DNA from: Neodothiora populina
Lineage: Eukaryota
Length of the DNA: 64,000 bases
Direction: 5' to 3'
Assembly: GCF_041146345.1 (NCBI RefSeq)
Contig: NW_027191402.1
Coordinates: 558,001-622,000, forward strand
In this document: positions 46,384-58,983 of the stretch, piece after piece
Layout of the letters: each line of letters begins with the position of its first letter
How positions within the stretch are numbered: the stretch's first letter is position 1
Notes under the pieces: generated by a model
Databases searched by the model: none
What the model saw: the letters and a program-made list of their open reading frames with translations, nothing else
What the model was told of the DNA's origin: nothing
Program-made: the position numbers and the translations under genes

Positions 46384-49294
46384 TATAATCGGATATTGAG
46401 AGACAACGTCAAAATCCAATGTTATCAACCACAGATTCAACACGAATGTCCAAATTCTTCATGACGAGCGTGCAACGCAACGCCCTGCCTTTATACGGCG
46501 GCCATCTCAAGCGGGGAGCCTGTACCATCTTCGAGCAAGTATGAAGGGCTTGCGTATGGCTTGCGTTGCCAGTTCTGGCCTCGACGGACTATGCGTCGGA
46601 CAAGATGGGGAAGGGAGCCAGATCCCTGGCCGGAGATCTCGACCGTAGATCAGCTCAAACTCTATAAGCGTAAGTACTAATCTCCGATTGGATAGCCACG
46701 ACTAGCTTGCAGGTACGCTTCAGTGTTGAGGTCAGCACTAATTCTTCTTGTCGCAAATGCACTGTATCGTATGAAGTGATAAGAGACTTGCCCGTATAGA
46801 TTTTGTGATGTTCATCTTGGTGTCCGCGTAAGCGTCAGGGATTGCATCGGATCTTATAGGAGTATAGCACATAAGGGAGACGTTCAAATGCTCGATGATA
46901 GCATGATACTGTACACAACAAGATAGACAATTCAGGATCGTCGAATTGGGGTAAGTCATGAGTCATCGTAGTCGTTTATGTAGATGGTCTATGTACAGTA
47001 CGATATGCTGCAATCCCGTATTTAGCGATGGTAGACGCGGAACAGAGTCCTGCACGTTTGTTGGGTGTCATACTCGAGGCGTGAATTCCACCTGTGAGGC
47101 AAGTTAGAAGAACACAAAGTTAGAACTGACCTAAATATTCCAGGTACAACAGCTGAACATCTGACGTTCTTCCAATGCTTGATTCAATAGTGTCAAGTGG
47201 CACCGTAGGCTGATGTCGAGCTGACTTTGCGCTCTACCATGTTTCATGTTTCAACTAAGATTTCCAAGCTGTCGCTTACAATGGACAAGTACACGTGCTG
47301 TACTCGTAGCTTACCTAGTTTCTTGGTAAGAGTGCTCTGGACATATCCGGTCGTACGTTCAGCTCACTTGTACTCAGCTGCTGTAACTACTTATCTGAAA
47401 GTCCTCGTCAGATCCGGAGTGACCGCCAAAAAGGTGCTGCGGTGCGTTCCCAAAGTGACATGATGGCCAAATCGAGACGCTGCACTGACGCCGCAAGCGT
47501 TCCGGTATTGCGAGATTCGATTGACAGCACAGCAAGGGTGTACGACTTCTCAGCGCCATGCTTCGAGTTGTCCAAAAGTCAGCTTCGCTTGTCTCTGCCT
47601 TCCTTGAATGTATGTTCCTCCCGATATGCAGGTTAGCAATTGACTACTAGATAGGTTAGTTTTGACTTGTGACACATGGTCAGTAATGCGCAGACGCAGG
47701 GCTTCCCCAACATGACGACCGCTCCTCTACCCAATCTTACATCCAAATTTACCTACCTCCTTGTGGTCACAACAACTGAATCACCTTGCCACCAAGTGCC
47801 AGTCCGACGGCTCTATCAGAGACTTGTCTGGTGATGCAATGCACAAGCTACAGCAAATTCAAGTTGTGGCACGAAGCAACTTCGTGAAGAAAATCCTGCG
47901 CTCACACAGACATACAGACGGACATTAGATCACTTGACTCTGCATTCAAAAAGCATGAGTCCTCTGGCACTTTCAATGTTCGACTAACTTTGATCTTCAA
48001 ATTATCTCGGTACTAGTGGAGCCTCGGCAGATTTCCGCTAGTAGACTGCACAGAATTGTGCACAATGTCGTCGCCACTCCTCCAGATGACCCAATGGAGA
48101 CGGCTCCATTCCTATCCTTTGCTGCCCATTCGAATTGACCCCTGCCGGTTTGCCCCGAGCCTGCTTCACGGCAATGCGGGAGTTAGCAGCGATCGATATG
48201 CAAACCAATACTCCACCTGCAGATTACCGACATGATCGCTCGCACGAGGAGAGGCTTCTGTATGCTTTCCGGGTTGACACACGGCCCGTCTTGTGTAACT
48301 GAAATGTCAGACACTGCCAACAAGACACGAGAGATTGTCGCACAGTCGACCCTGGCAACATACGTAAATGTGGTTTTTTGCTATGCTCTAGATTCAATCT
48401 TTTGCATGTTGATCGGAAGGATGATTAAGAGCACCTCATGTGTATAGGTTGCTAACTTAGGTGGAATAAAACCAAGGTTTGTCGACACATCCACAACTCA
48501 ATTGAATGAGTGTGCAAGATCCTCATAACAGTGCTACACACCAAGAGGGCTACAAGAGTGGACTGGATCTAATCTCAATAGCAGCACGCTCGGTTCGAGT
48601 AGCTCAAGATTGAAGTCATCAAAACTGACTCATGTCAAGACGTGTGAGTTTGGTACCTTCCCGATCATTGGTGCTAGTAAGTTGCTAGGTACGTAAGGTC
48701 TGTATCGATGTTATAAGATGACAAGTTTGTAGCTGCAATCACCCGGCAAAACATGGACGGATGATTGACATGTATACTACTTTCCAAATCCCGTTTCCAG
48801 AATCAGTTAGAGAGCAAATAATGGTGTCGTAAAGCGGTAGGATGTCGTTGAATGGGAACTATGGCCTGGCATCACTGGGTTGGCCGGGAGTCTGGATACC
48901 AGGTTCTGCCATGACGAACGCATTCATTACAAGGGTTCGCATGTTGTCTGTCCATTGCCTTCTCCTAAGGTTTCATAGGTGAGTCTGCGACTGGTGCGTA
49001 GAGGGAAAGCCCCTCAGAATCTGGCGTTCGTGGGATACATGCAGACCAGATTGCGGAAATGGTTCCTGCTTGCATGTTCTGATGCGTTCAAACGAGATGT
49101 GAGGTTTTCAAGAAGAAAAAAAGGTAAGTACTTCTAACACAGTGATCACGCCTACGACATTGGATATGAGGGTGCCCCGCCGTTCATCGCCTACGGTACC
49201 TCTCTCATTTCCTTCCTCGCGGTTTCTAATACATCAGCTGTTTGTTCTCCGCAAGAAGGCCAATAGTCCTGCTGAACTCGTCTCAATCACATGG

Positions 49295-49324
49295 TCTAGT
49301 CTAGTCTAGTCTAGTCTAGTCTAG
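49295..49324. repeat. (TCTAG)6 pentanucleotide repeat
   Basis: Perfect tandem repeat about 220 bp upstream of the predicted ATG at 49548. Confidence 0.95.
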
Positions 49325-49547
49325 CGAAAGGTTGTCTTGTAAGTGATAATGTTCTCGACTATGGGAGTACTTCTATGACTTGCAGTAGCAAGAGTCATAG
49401 CCGGATTGTGTTTTGTCTTTAACACATGCATAGTTTTACTCTGCGACCTTCCGTCAGTTCCACACGTACCTGCATTACCACGAACATTGGGTTATAGCTA
49501 CTGCTAGTCATCCCAAGGCGAGAGATCTTTGTTGGCTCTTGTTAGTC

Positions 49548-51312
49548 ATGGCGGTGAAGTCTTGCAATGACGAGATGATGTCGCTTTACCGCTCTTGTGA
49601 GGAAACCCCTGATTGGTGGCAGTCTTGTGCTGTTCACTGACCTACACAATGTAGGCAACTTCTCTGATAGTCGACCTCAACTTGACGCCAATTTCTTCTA
49701 TCAAACACGCTTCCAAGACGCAGCCCAGCAAGAAGTCTTGAAGATTAACACCGACTTTGTTGGAGATCAACAACAATCCTTCAATGTTTGTTGTGATCTA
49801 GAATCTTGAACGAGGCTATACTGATCTCTTCAAGTTTGTCTATGCTCCGGGACCACCTTCTTCTGTGGCTCAGCCTGCTTTACATACGCAGCGAGCTCAC
49901 TCTTCGCAGTCAGGTCTCTTACGGCGAGCACTTCAACCTATCGACACGAATAGCTGGCAGCCTGCAGTACAGCACAATCCTCCCGGGCCTCCAGATATCG
50001 GATCTTGTAGCACCTGGTTTCCATACGAAATGTCCACAAGCTACCAAGTGAACAGCAAGACTTGGCCGGGACACGAACATGAATGCTACCAGCCCTTCAG
50101 CGCTCCTCAGTATACCACTTGCCCAAGTCTGGTGACTGCGGATCATGATGATGCAAGCCCAACCACCTCCCCTGGCAGCTGGATGACTTTCAGTCCTGCG
50201 CCCAACTTCGAAGATTCGAAGCCGGTGTTCGATTTCAGTGCTCGTGAAAGATGTATGTACGATAGCAGAAGGTTTTGCCCGAAGGATGCTCCATTGAGCT
50301 TTCGACCAGCAGTGTTCGGGATGAACGATGTCGACAGCCAGTCCGGACGTGGTAACCCGGTTTACATCCAAGAAGATGTTCCAGACATGAGTCACCTCAC
50401 CTGTCCAACAGTAACAGGATACATTTCTTCGTTCCCTGGTGTTGAACACCTTCCGAATGTCTGTATATTCGCACATGTACCCGCCAAACCTATCCTCACG
50501 CAGATGTGCAATGAGTCAAATGCGGGAGTTCTCCCATCACAGCCAAACCAACAGCCAGAGCACATCTATCCTGGTCTTCTGTCAAGGAGCTTTGGAAAGG
50601 ACACTGCAGCCGTGTACGACGACGGAGAGAACATATCCATAAGAAGTGAAGACACGGCCATGGACCAAGCGATTCCCAGTGCATCAGGAGACGCAACAAC
50701 GACGACACCAAGCACACGAGACGACCCACTCACACAACCATCGCTACCCTCGAACCGACAACGGAACCTCCAGAGCTCAGAGGACCGCAGCCAGCGCGAC
50801 AACTTCCTGCTGCAATGCCGGCGCAAAGGCCTCTCATACAGAGAAATCAAACGCAAAGGCGGCTTCTCCGAGGCTGAATCCACCCTGCGCGGGCGGATCA
50901 GGATCCTGTCTAAGCCCAAACACCAGAGGGTCAGGAAACCACAATGGCGTCTTAGTGATGTAAGTCATTCTCAAGAGCAAAACCCTCCACCTCTGAAGCG
51001 CCTCAAACGAAAACAAATCAGAATAATATTTCTCATCTCCGCGCAGGAACTAATAAGCAAGTACAGATCACCCTGCTCCGCCGCGCTATATCCTCTCTCT
51101 CCAAAAACCCCCCATCTACAATTACTACTACTGCCCTACCCCTACGTCCAAACCCAACAATCACAGCATCCACTCCCTACTCCTCTTCCTCCTCGAAGCC
51201 ACCATGGAAGAAAGTCGCCGAGTGGATGCACACGCACGGATCGTCCTACCCGTTCGCGCCAGCAACTTGCGCCAAGAAATGGGATGAGATCAATAGTTAC
51301 TTGATTGATTAA
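49548..51312 (+). CDS. Myb/SANT-like DNA-binding domain protein (putative transcription factor)
   Basis: Exons 49548-49596, 49655-49785, 49835-50959 and 51067-51312 join in frame through GT-AG introns. Core: RDNFLLQCRRKGLSYREIKRKGGFSEAESTLRGR...RVRKPQWRLSD/ITLLRRAI...PWKKVAEWM...YPFAPATCAKKW (spaced Trp). The 5' exons are less certain. Confidence 0.75.
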
Positions 51313-51930
51313 TTGGGTGCGCTTGGTCGATGATACGGCCGGGTGTTGATGAGGCGCAGCTTTTCATTATATCCTGTCTAATTTTGTCTTCCCTTTTTCC
51401 TTTTGTTTGTGTTCTCACCATTTTTCTTAAAGTTTGTGCGTGATGAAGATCGGAATTGAGGGAAGGAGACTCACGTCTGGAAATGAAGAGGGGGGGGTCC
51501 ATGGTTTATGTTATACTTCGTACGGCATTACTTACAGCATTACTTACATGAGACGACAAAAAAAAGAGGGGGGGACAGGGTGTGGTGGGTGGTCACTGAG
51601 GTTCTACATAGTCAGAGAGTACTCGTCTCATAATCCCCAGAGCAATCTCTCAACAGCGATGCTTTCAGACTACACGTAATCGTCTTTTTCTACTACTATC
51701 GCAGAGCTGTTTTCTCCTGGTCCAAGAGAGAAAGAGGGGGTGATTTGTATCGTCATTCATTAGATAGTTATACAGTACATTCATAGCGCAAGAGTGGACT
51801 GGCCGAACCCGACCAAAGCGGCAGCACAACGTGTGAGGGACTACCCAGATGGGAGTTGAAAAAAGAGAAAGGACGAGTGACGAGGAAGAGCAGGCGCAGA
51901 GAGGCATGGGACCTTGATTTAGTCATCTCA

Positions 51931-54900
51931 TCACCATCTGTTTCGTCTTCTCTGTGCCCGCCGTTTGGCATTCACTTTGTCCCTTTTCTCTCTTGCAGCA
52001 ATCCGCTCTTCGGTTTCTTCTACTACGACTTCTGCCTCTTCGTCTTCGTCTTCTTGTTCTTCTTCTTCGTCTGCATCTTCGGCAAGTTGCTGCTGTTGTT
52101 GCTGCTGTTGCTGTTGTTCCACTTCAGCCGCCAAGCTCGCTCTAGTCGTGCGTCTCTGTCGCGTGCTGGCTGCTGTTGATGGCGCTGACACTTTTGCTGT
52201 TGTCGTCCTATCCTCTTCTGCTGTTGTTGCCCCCGTGCTCTGCTCCTTGAGGTCCTGTAGCGTTTCGTCATCCATTTCGCTGAGGTCTTCGGACATTGCT
52301 CGCTTGCCAGTCCATCGTTCGTCGTATACTGTCGTTCCAGATATGTCAAAAGCTTCCAGGTACCAGGGTGTACCACCCTTGGCCCAAGGGTCTTCGACGG
52401 GCGCTGTTTGGGTGTCAGCGCCAAGTGCTGACCGTAGAGAGCTTTGGGTGTTACCTTGGATGTGTTGCAGAACGCTCGATGTTGAGTCTGGTGGTGAGGG
52501 GGGTTGCTTGACTTGAGCGTTCGCTACGATTGACAACGTTCCAACAGTCGATGCTGTTGGTACATCTTTGTTCTCCGCCGACCTTGTCCTCGGCCGCTTC
52601 GAGATGTGAATATCATCGCCCGTCGCGTCCAGTAAACGCATCGCGCTTTCTGTGTTGTCTGCGACATCAGTTGTTGCGGCAACGCTGTTCTGTGGGCTCG
52701 GGGAAGCGCCAGCAACCGCAGAGGCTGTGGGGTTCTCGGTAAGATATTTGCTGGCATCACTATTCGGTAGCGGTGGATGTGTCGCAGCCAAAGAGCTTTC
52801 GAGTCGGGCGTCAAAGGCGGCCCATTCGCCCATCTCCTTCTCGAATGGTATGCCCTTGAGCTCGGCTTCTTTCAGCCTAACAGCATCGAGCATTTCCTTG
52901 ACAGCTTTGGCGATTCTCTTAGTAACCTTCTTCGACTCCTTTTGCTCGTGTGATAGGGCCAAATGCTGTGCTGTGCCAGGTGGTGCGCCATTCAGCTGGT
53001 CATGAATATCATTTATGTCTCGGATGCCGGACTTTTCGGGAACCCCATCTAGACTGGCGATGACCGGTAGTAAAACATTCGTGAGGTCGGACGAGAACTC
53101 TGCGACCGAGGTGTAGTATCGATCGGCGAGCTTGTGCTCCAAACTCTCAAATCCCTCCTTGAACATCTCTGTCTTCTCATCAAGTCTATCAAAGTTAGCT
53201 ACATGCCTGGGTACAGCATCATTTGCAACTTACTTTTGTGCTTTCTGCAAGATAGGCCATAGCAACGGAATGATGGGGAAATAGATGGTGTTCATGATGT
53301 CTCTTAAAGACAGCACATCATGGAACTTGAGCTCTTCGCGTTGTCGCACAAGTTGTACTACAGACTGCAATTGGTCAATGTCCGCACGAAGGATGTCTGA
53401 GAACGCAATACGCCGCAGCAGTCTGGCTCTGCCAATGGGTCCCATGGCCTGGAAGTTACGACGTGTGATTTCCATCGGGGAGAACGATTCCAGCTGGAGC
53501 TGAAGTCGTTTCAGGAGTGCGGCGCCCTTGCGTGCCTCTCGCTTCAGAGTCCAATACTTGCATGCCTCCAGCAAGAACTCTTTTCTCTTACGAATGGCAA
53601 AGCGCGTAAGGGAGTTGTCCACAGCATTGAAAACCACGGCAGGTACGACGGGAGCTCCCGAAGGCAGTCGCCAACCTGTTTTAGGGGGTGAAGACTGAGT
53701 TCTCTTACGTTTAGCGCTGGAGACGACGATTGTGTCATCTCCTTGGCCCAGCTCATCGGAGAGATCCACGTGCTGATCTGGTTGCGGAGGGATCAGAGCC
53801 AGAGCAGCGGTCTTGCTATCCGCCCAGCGTCGGTTTCGCATGGTGTGTCTATAATAACGCTTTGCTTCAACGATGGCATTATCGACATCATGTTCACGAC
53901 GCCAGTCAGGTGGCACGTGCCTGTCGCAAAACGCCTTGAGGACGGAGGCATCGATACTCCCAGCGTGGGATGATTTCATCTTAAGAAATAATCGAGCCCT
54001 CCGCGCACACGTGACATGAAAGGCCTGGTAGCAAGCCTTGTTGCCACACTGTATACAGGCACCCATTCTCTGATTGCAAATGTAGCAGTTCTACTCCTTG
54101 TCAGATAACCACGGTATCTCACGCCTCAGGGGAAAGTACTCACGAGGCTCCAACGACTCTTCGGGACTTTCTCGACATCTGTGATAGGCTCCATGAAGGT
54201 AGTGTTTGCAATAGTCACCTCGGGAATCCAGATTGCGCACAGCAAATGCGACCATCTCAATGTGTTCGTCTGCTTGAAGGCGCCATCAACATTGGGGCAA
54301 AAGATACAAGTCTTCAAGGATTGTTAGCGCTGCTAGATGAAAGTGGTGATGTTCGTGTACACATACCGGTGTGCCGCGACCAATTTCCTTGCACTTGCGA
54401 CAAAACCATTGACCTTCTGGGATGAAAGGCACTCCATAGCAATCCTGATGAACTGCCAAGTCGCAGCCATCACAGAAGATAATGGCGTTGGCGTTTTCGC
54501 AATCGCCGTCATCGCAAATGACGCACTTCGTGTCTGGTTCGTCTCCTGGCCCAGAAGGCTCGCCATTTACGGCGGCGGCGGAGCTCGATCGGGGTCTGTG
54601 AGTCTGAGGATGTCGTGGATTCGGCTTTGGTATGCCTGTCAAGACATCGTTAGCCTGGTTTCAAGGATAGTGATATGCAACTTCACGACTGACGCTTTTC
54701 CAAGGCATGATATTCCCTCTCGATTTGCGTCATTGTGATTTCAAACATTGACGGCTTGATGGGGTCGACGCCTTCTTCCTTGCGGTGAAGATTGTGTGCT
54801 TCAAGCCATCGGTCGTCCTGCTCGTCCATGTCGTATTCGACGTTACCGACATGAGCAGATTGGGGATCGGGGAGTAATTTCTCGTCGGACTCGAGTCGAA

Positions 54901-55903
54901 GGGCTGACTCGATATCGTCATCGTAGGGGCCTTCGACGTGGCGAATAAGGGCATGCCGGGGCAGGTCGAAGCGGTCGCCTTCTTGATAGCCGACATTTGC
55001 CATGGACTTGTCGACATAGTTGACCTGCACTGTCGTGTCTTGCTCGTACTGTGTGAATGTATCAACGGTCCGGTATGAGGGCTTGGGGAGGTTCAGGCGC
55101 TCTTTTGGATTGTGTGTAGGCATGGGCAGTATCTTAGGAGCGGGTGGTGAGCCAAGACCGGTAAGCATAGCATCAGTTCTCCGCGGGGGACGTCCTGGCC
55201 TTCTCTTCGGTGTCTGTACTGGTTGCTCCGGCGCAGGCTGGACTGGTGATTGACCGGGCTGATGGGAGTTTAGGGTATCCCCAACGGTGTGGTTGTTGTT
55301 ATTGTTAATGTTGTTGCTGTTGTTGGTGACAGCCTGTTTTGCCATGGCCAGGCGAGCGTCATCCTTGGTAACGCCATCGACCTGATCAGCGGTAAAGAGC
55401 ATAAGGGCAGCATCGAGATCCAGGTCCGGGTGGAATTCTTCCCAGCTCCGTTCTTCACGAGGCTTGTAGCCATCGCTGGCCTGACTGGCGGCGGCCGCAG
55501 CTGCAGCATTACTGTAACGCGGCCTCGGTGTGGCAGCCGCTCTTCTTCCTGGTCCCCGTTCTCTTTCTCTATCTCTCCTGGGCCGGCCAGGGGTCGGTCT
55601 GGTATTGCGCGAGCGTACGGGTCTATCAGTCGCAGGAGCTGTGCCGAAGGTCAGGTCGGCGCCAGTGCCGTGGCCGTGGCCGTGACTGTGGGTGCGCGCC
55701 ATGCGGATCGGGGTTGCAAAGTCCATGGGTTCAGCGGCATTCACATCGATCCATCTACCACCTCCTCCAGGACCTCCGGGGATGTATCTTCTTCTCTTGC
55801 GCGCCGGTACAGTGTGCGAAGACGACAAGCGGGCGGGGGGTCGTCCAGGGGTTCGTTTGCGTGGAGAGGGTGCTGGTGTAGTTGCAGTGGTTTGCACAGA
55901 CAT
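51931..55903 (-). CDS. NTO1: NuA3 histone acetyltransferase complex subunit Nto1 (BRPF/peregrin-like; EPL1 + PHD-Zn knuckle-PHD)
   Basis: ATG at 55903. Motifs [40 protein letters not shown]...[26 protein letters not shown]...[17 protein letters not shown]. Introns 54693-54636, 54366-54312, 54143-54091 and 53233-53186. Confidence 0.95.
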
Positions 55904-56187
55904 GGCAACGTCGCGCAATAAAGAGACAGTCGATGACACACAGCTGGCGCAGTGGAGGCGCTACTGTTCCGCACTCATCAAACGCTGGATCTTGGACAAA
56001 ACAACAGCACTTCGAGGTAGACGCGTGCATGAAGCGGTGCGGGAGCGCAACAAGCGCGTCGTGGAGTCTAAGTCTAGACCGGTACCGTCCAAGTTCGCCG
56101 ATTACCGAGCAGTCGCAAAGCCACTCTGGGTGGAGTTATTATGGATTCAAGTGATCGGGAAGTTGAAAATGATCGATAAAGATGGAA

Positions 56188-56220
<33 letters not shown>
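56188..56220. repeat. (ATG)11 / (CAT)11 microsatellite
   Basis: Perfect trinucleotide run upstream of NTO1. Confidence 0.95.
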
Positions 56221-56222
<2 letters not shown>

Positions 56223-56506
56223 TGAACCAAGTTGTTGATTACCTATGTCTAGGCAATAAATGATCGAGTCGGTGATGCTCCAACTCTCCTCCGCGTCTGG
56301 CGCATTATTGTACAAGTAGGGAAGCTACGTACTGCTTTAATGCTTTACTCGCACTTACCCTGACAGTTCATGGCAGAGAGGGAAGGTGCCTGTACCTCTG
56401 TACTCTACGCGTAGCTTGGGCACAATCTAGCCCTAACCCCAGTCTGACTTCGCGGCCACTAGTCCTTGCCGAAAGCCGGAGTCCACGCCAGGTTCACTGT
56501 GGTCCT

Positions 56507-56517
56507 GGTTCGAGTCC
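56507..56517 (+). promoter_or_regulatory. Isolated RNA polymerase III B-box consensus (GGTTCGAGTCC)
   Basis: Exact match to GGTTCGANYCC in an intergenic region, with no tRNA cloverleaf around it. Confidence 0.3.
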
Positions 56518-57082
56518 CTTGGCAGGTTTGTTCGCACTTTGCTGCGGACGCCCCAAAGCTGTGACCATGCCCTGCAGCGCTGTGGTGCTCGTGATGCTTC
56601 ACTCTCGTGCCGTAAATCTACGACGCTACTTGTACAGCATAGTACTGCTTGGTACTCCGTACTGTGCTTGTAAAATTAGCCATACCGTACTTAACATACT
56701 ACCTGCAGATCTGCCTGGGATAGTGGGGTCCGACTGTGGCATTGGGCAACGCCGTATCAGCACGCAATAAGGTAATTACGGGACTTTGCCTTACAAATAC
56801 AGTAAAATCAAGGAAAGATATCCATGTGCCCTCTGCTTCACTGCCTTCTTATCGAAATACTGCCGTCCACTCGTCCCATCGAGATCTCCAACAGTCAGCC
56901 ACACAATCGGGTCCGCACAGCATCATGATGCTGTAGTCTTTTCTGTACCCGTACTTGCATCTCATTGACCGAATAACGATTGTGAAACCTTGCTCACTTC
57001 GTGACACCAGGACCGTGAGGCAGAAATCCCAACGCTGCATCTTGCCCACGTTGTGCTCTTATCTGCGTCGCCTTGGGTCATC

Positions 57083-58121
57083 ATGCACGTGAGCGACATA
57101 AGGACGTTTGCCAGGATCATTTCAAGGTATGAAGTTCCAGCTTTTCCAGTCGGATCGTCCACGTCGAGCTGATCATCCTTAAGATTGTTGGGCTGGATCT
57201 AGTAAGTGCCTGCCGACCTGGCTATTTGCGCACCCTTGGTAGTGCATATCTCCAGTAGACTCACCATTGTCACTCGCGCCAGCACCATATCTTGGTCACT
57301 CTCGTTCTATCCTCAGCCCATTCTCAACTGGCACCTGCGCTCTACTGCGGGCTTCAGCTTCGACTTTGCAGCCCTCAATGTCGTAGGTTTCTTTTGCTAT
57401 ACTGTGTCGACGGCGGCCTTTCTCTTCTCGCCCACCATACTTCGCCAGTATGCACAACGCTATCCTCTTGACCCCGTCCCGACTGTCAGGTTCAATGATT
57501 TCGTCTTTGCCCTGCATGCCCTGGTGCTTGTTCTTGTCGTCTTCACTCAGTTCTGGCATCGCCTCTGGCGCTTCCACGGCCGCCGTGATCATCTTAGCGC
57601 CATCATCATAGGTATCCTCGGCGGCTCAAGTCTAGGTGTCGCTATCGTCGCTATCATTGCGCTAGAGCAGCGCAGTCGGGACGATCCTTACGCTTGGAAG
57701 GGAATTGACGTTGTGAGTGCTCTCTGTACTGCCGCATATCTTGCACGCACGAATCGCTTACAGCCGCTCACAGATTTACGCACTGTCGTACGTCAAATTG
57801 CTTGTCACTTTCATCAAGTATATGCCGCAAGCACTCCGAAATTATCGGAAGAAGTCTACTGCAGGCTGGGCTATTCACACAATCTACATGGACTTGCTGG
57901 GCGGCGTGACCAGTCTTATGCAGCTGATCATTGACAGCAGTCTTCAGTCTGACTGGGCCGATGGCATAAAGGGCAATCCTGTCAAGTTTGGCTTGAGCTT
58001 GGTCAGCTTAGCTTTCGATACCATCTTCATGATCCAGCATTATGTGCTATATGCGAAGAACAACGACCAAGTAGACGACGAGCAAGTCGAGGACGGGGAG
58101 AGGACAAGCCTTCTGCGCTGA
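57083..58121 (+). CDS. ERS1: Cystinosin / PQ-loop vacuolar cystine transporter
   Basis: Exons 57083-57126, 57184-57201, 57283-57712 and 57774-58121. Motifs LGWIYTISWSLSFYPQ, VRFNDFVFALHA, IKYMPQ...KSTAGW, GNPVKFGL, FMIQHYVLY and C-terminal ERTSLL. Confidence 0.9.
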
Positions 58122-58983
58122 GATCCGTTTTGTCTTGTAGTCGATCTGGGAAAGGGACTGCGATTGCGATTGCGACTGCGGCGACTTAGTAAGAGTTCTC
58201 TTATAGCCTCGGTGCCGCTCGCTATATTTGTACCATAAACGCAAAGAAGGCTCAATGCTTGCCACAGATCGTGCGATCACACACGACCAACATATTTCCT
58301 ACGTGCTGTTTCGCCTACTGTACTCATCACTTCGCTTCGTTTCGCTACGGCGCCGCAGTGGACCTGCCAAGATTACGATACGCCCCAGCAAACAACCCGA
58401 TGCAATGGTCGATGATGCGATGGAAGCCAATGAGCGACAAGCGCGCTGATCTCTTGGCAACGATATAGCACCTTAGATTCGATATACACCTACCCTGGAA
58501 TGCCGTACTGATCGAAAGTCTTACTCCATGCTTTTCGGCTTTCCAACCCACTTACCTTAGTCCAGGGCAGACGGACAGATCATCATCCGCCCAAGGTTGT
58601 GTTGATACGTAGACTACTTGCACATCATCTCTTGCTACTTGTGGGCGGTGCACTTAAGGTTGATCGTGCAGCAACCTTATACGGTATGCATAACTCGTCA
58701 TGTGGAGCCCGTTCTCTACCAGTTTCTCCAAAGTCTATCTCATTGAGGCGCACATGTCATGGTCAGTACCATGGGTTGTGCATGGTGACAGAAACCCGAT
58801 CCAAAAGAGGCTTGCAGAACTGATGACGCCGGATCTTCCATGTGGAACTCGCGGATCACTGCATGCGTCGGTACTTGTGCACCTGTTCTTCCGTGAGTGT
58901 TTCTTATTAGACCCTATCCTCTGCCGACCTGGTCGATGTGCAGGACCTGAGGCAACCCAATATATATCGGGTATCCATGCGAC

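Noticed and set aside
46400..49500. Possible RIP-degraded transposon in the long intergenic region
   Set aside because: No marked AT enrichment, terminal repeats, or transposase/reverse transcriptase remnants are visible.
51954..53005. Long antisense or alternative-frame ORFs over NTO1 (similar ones overlie MIL1, NOP14, BRR2, LOS1 and the PPR-like gene)
   Set aside because: These are shadow ORFs produced by GC-rich codon usage and low-complexity tracts of the real genes.
56404..56530. Possible tRNA gene around GGTTCGAGTCC
   Set aside because: The T stem pairs for only 2 bp and no acceptor stem or convincing D arm can be built. Kept only as an orphan B-box.
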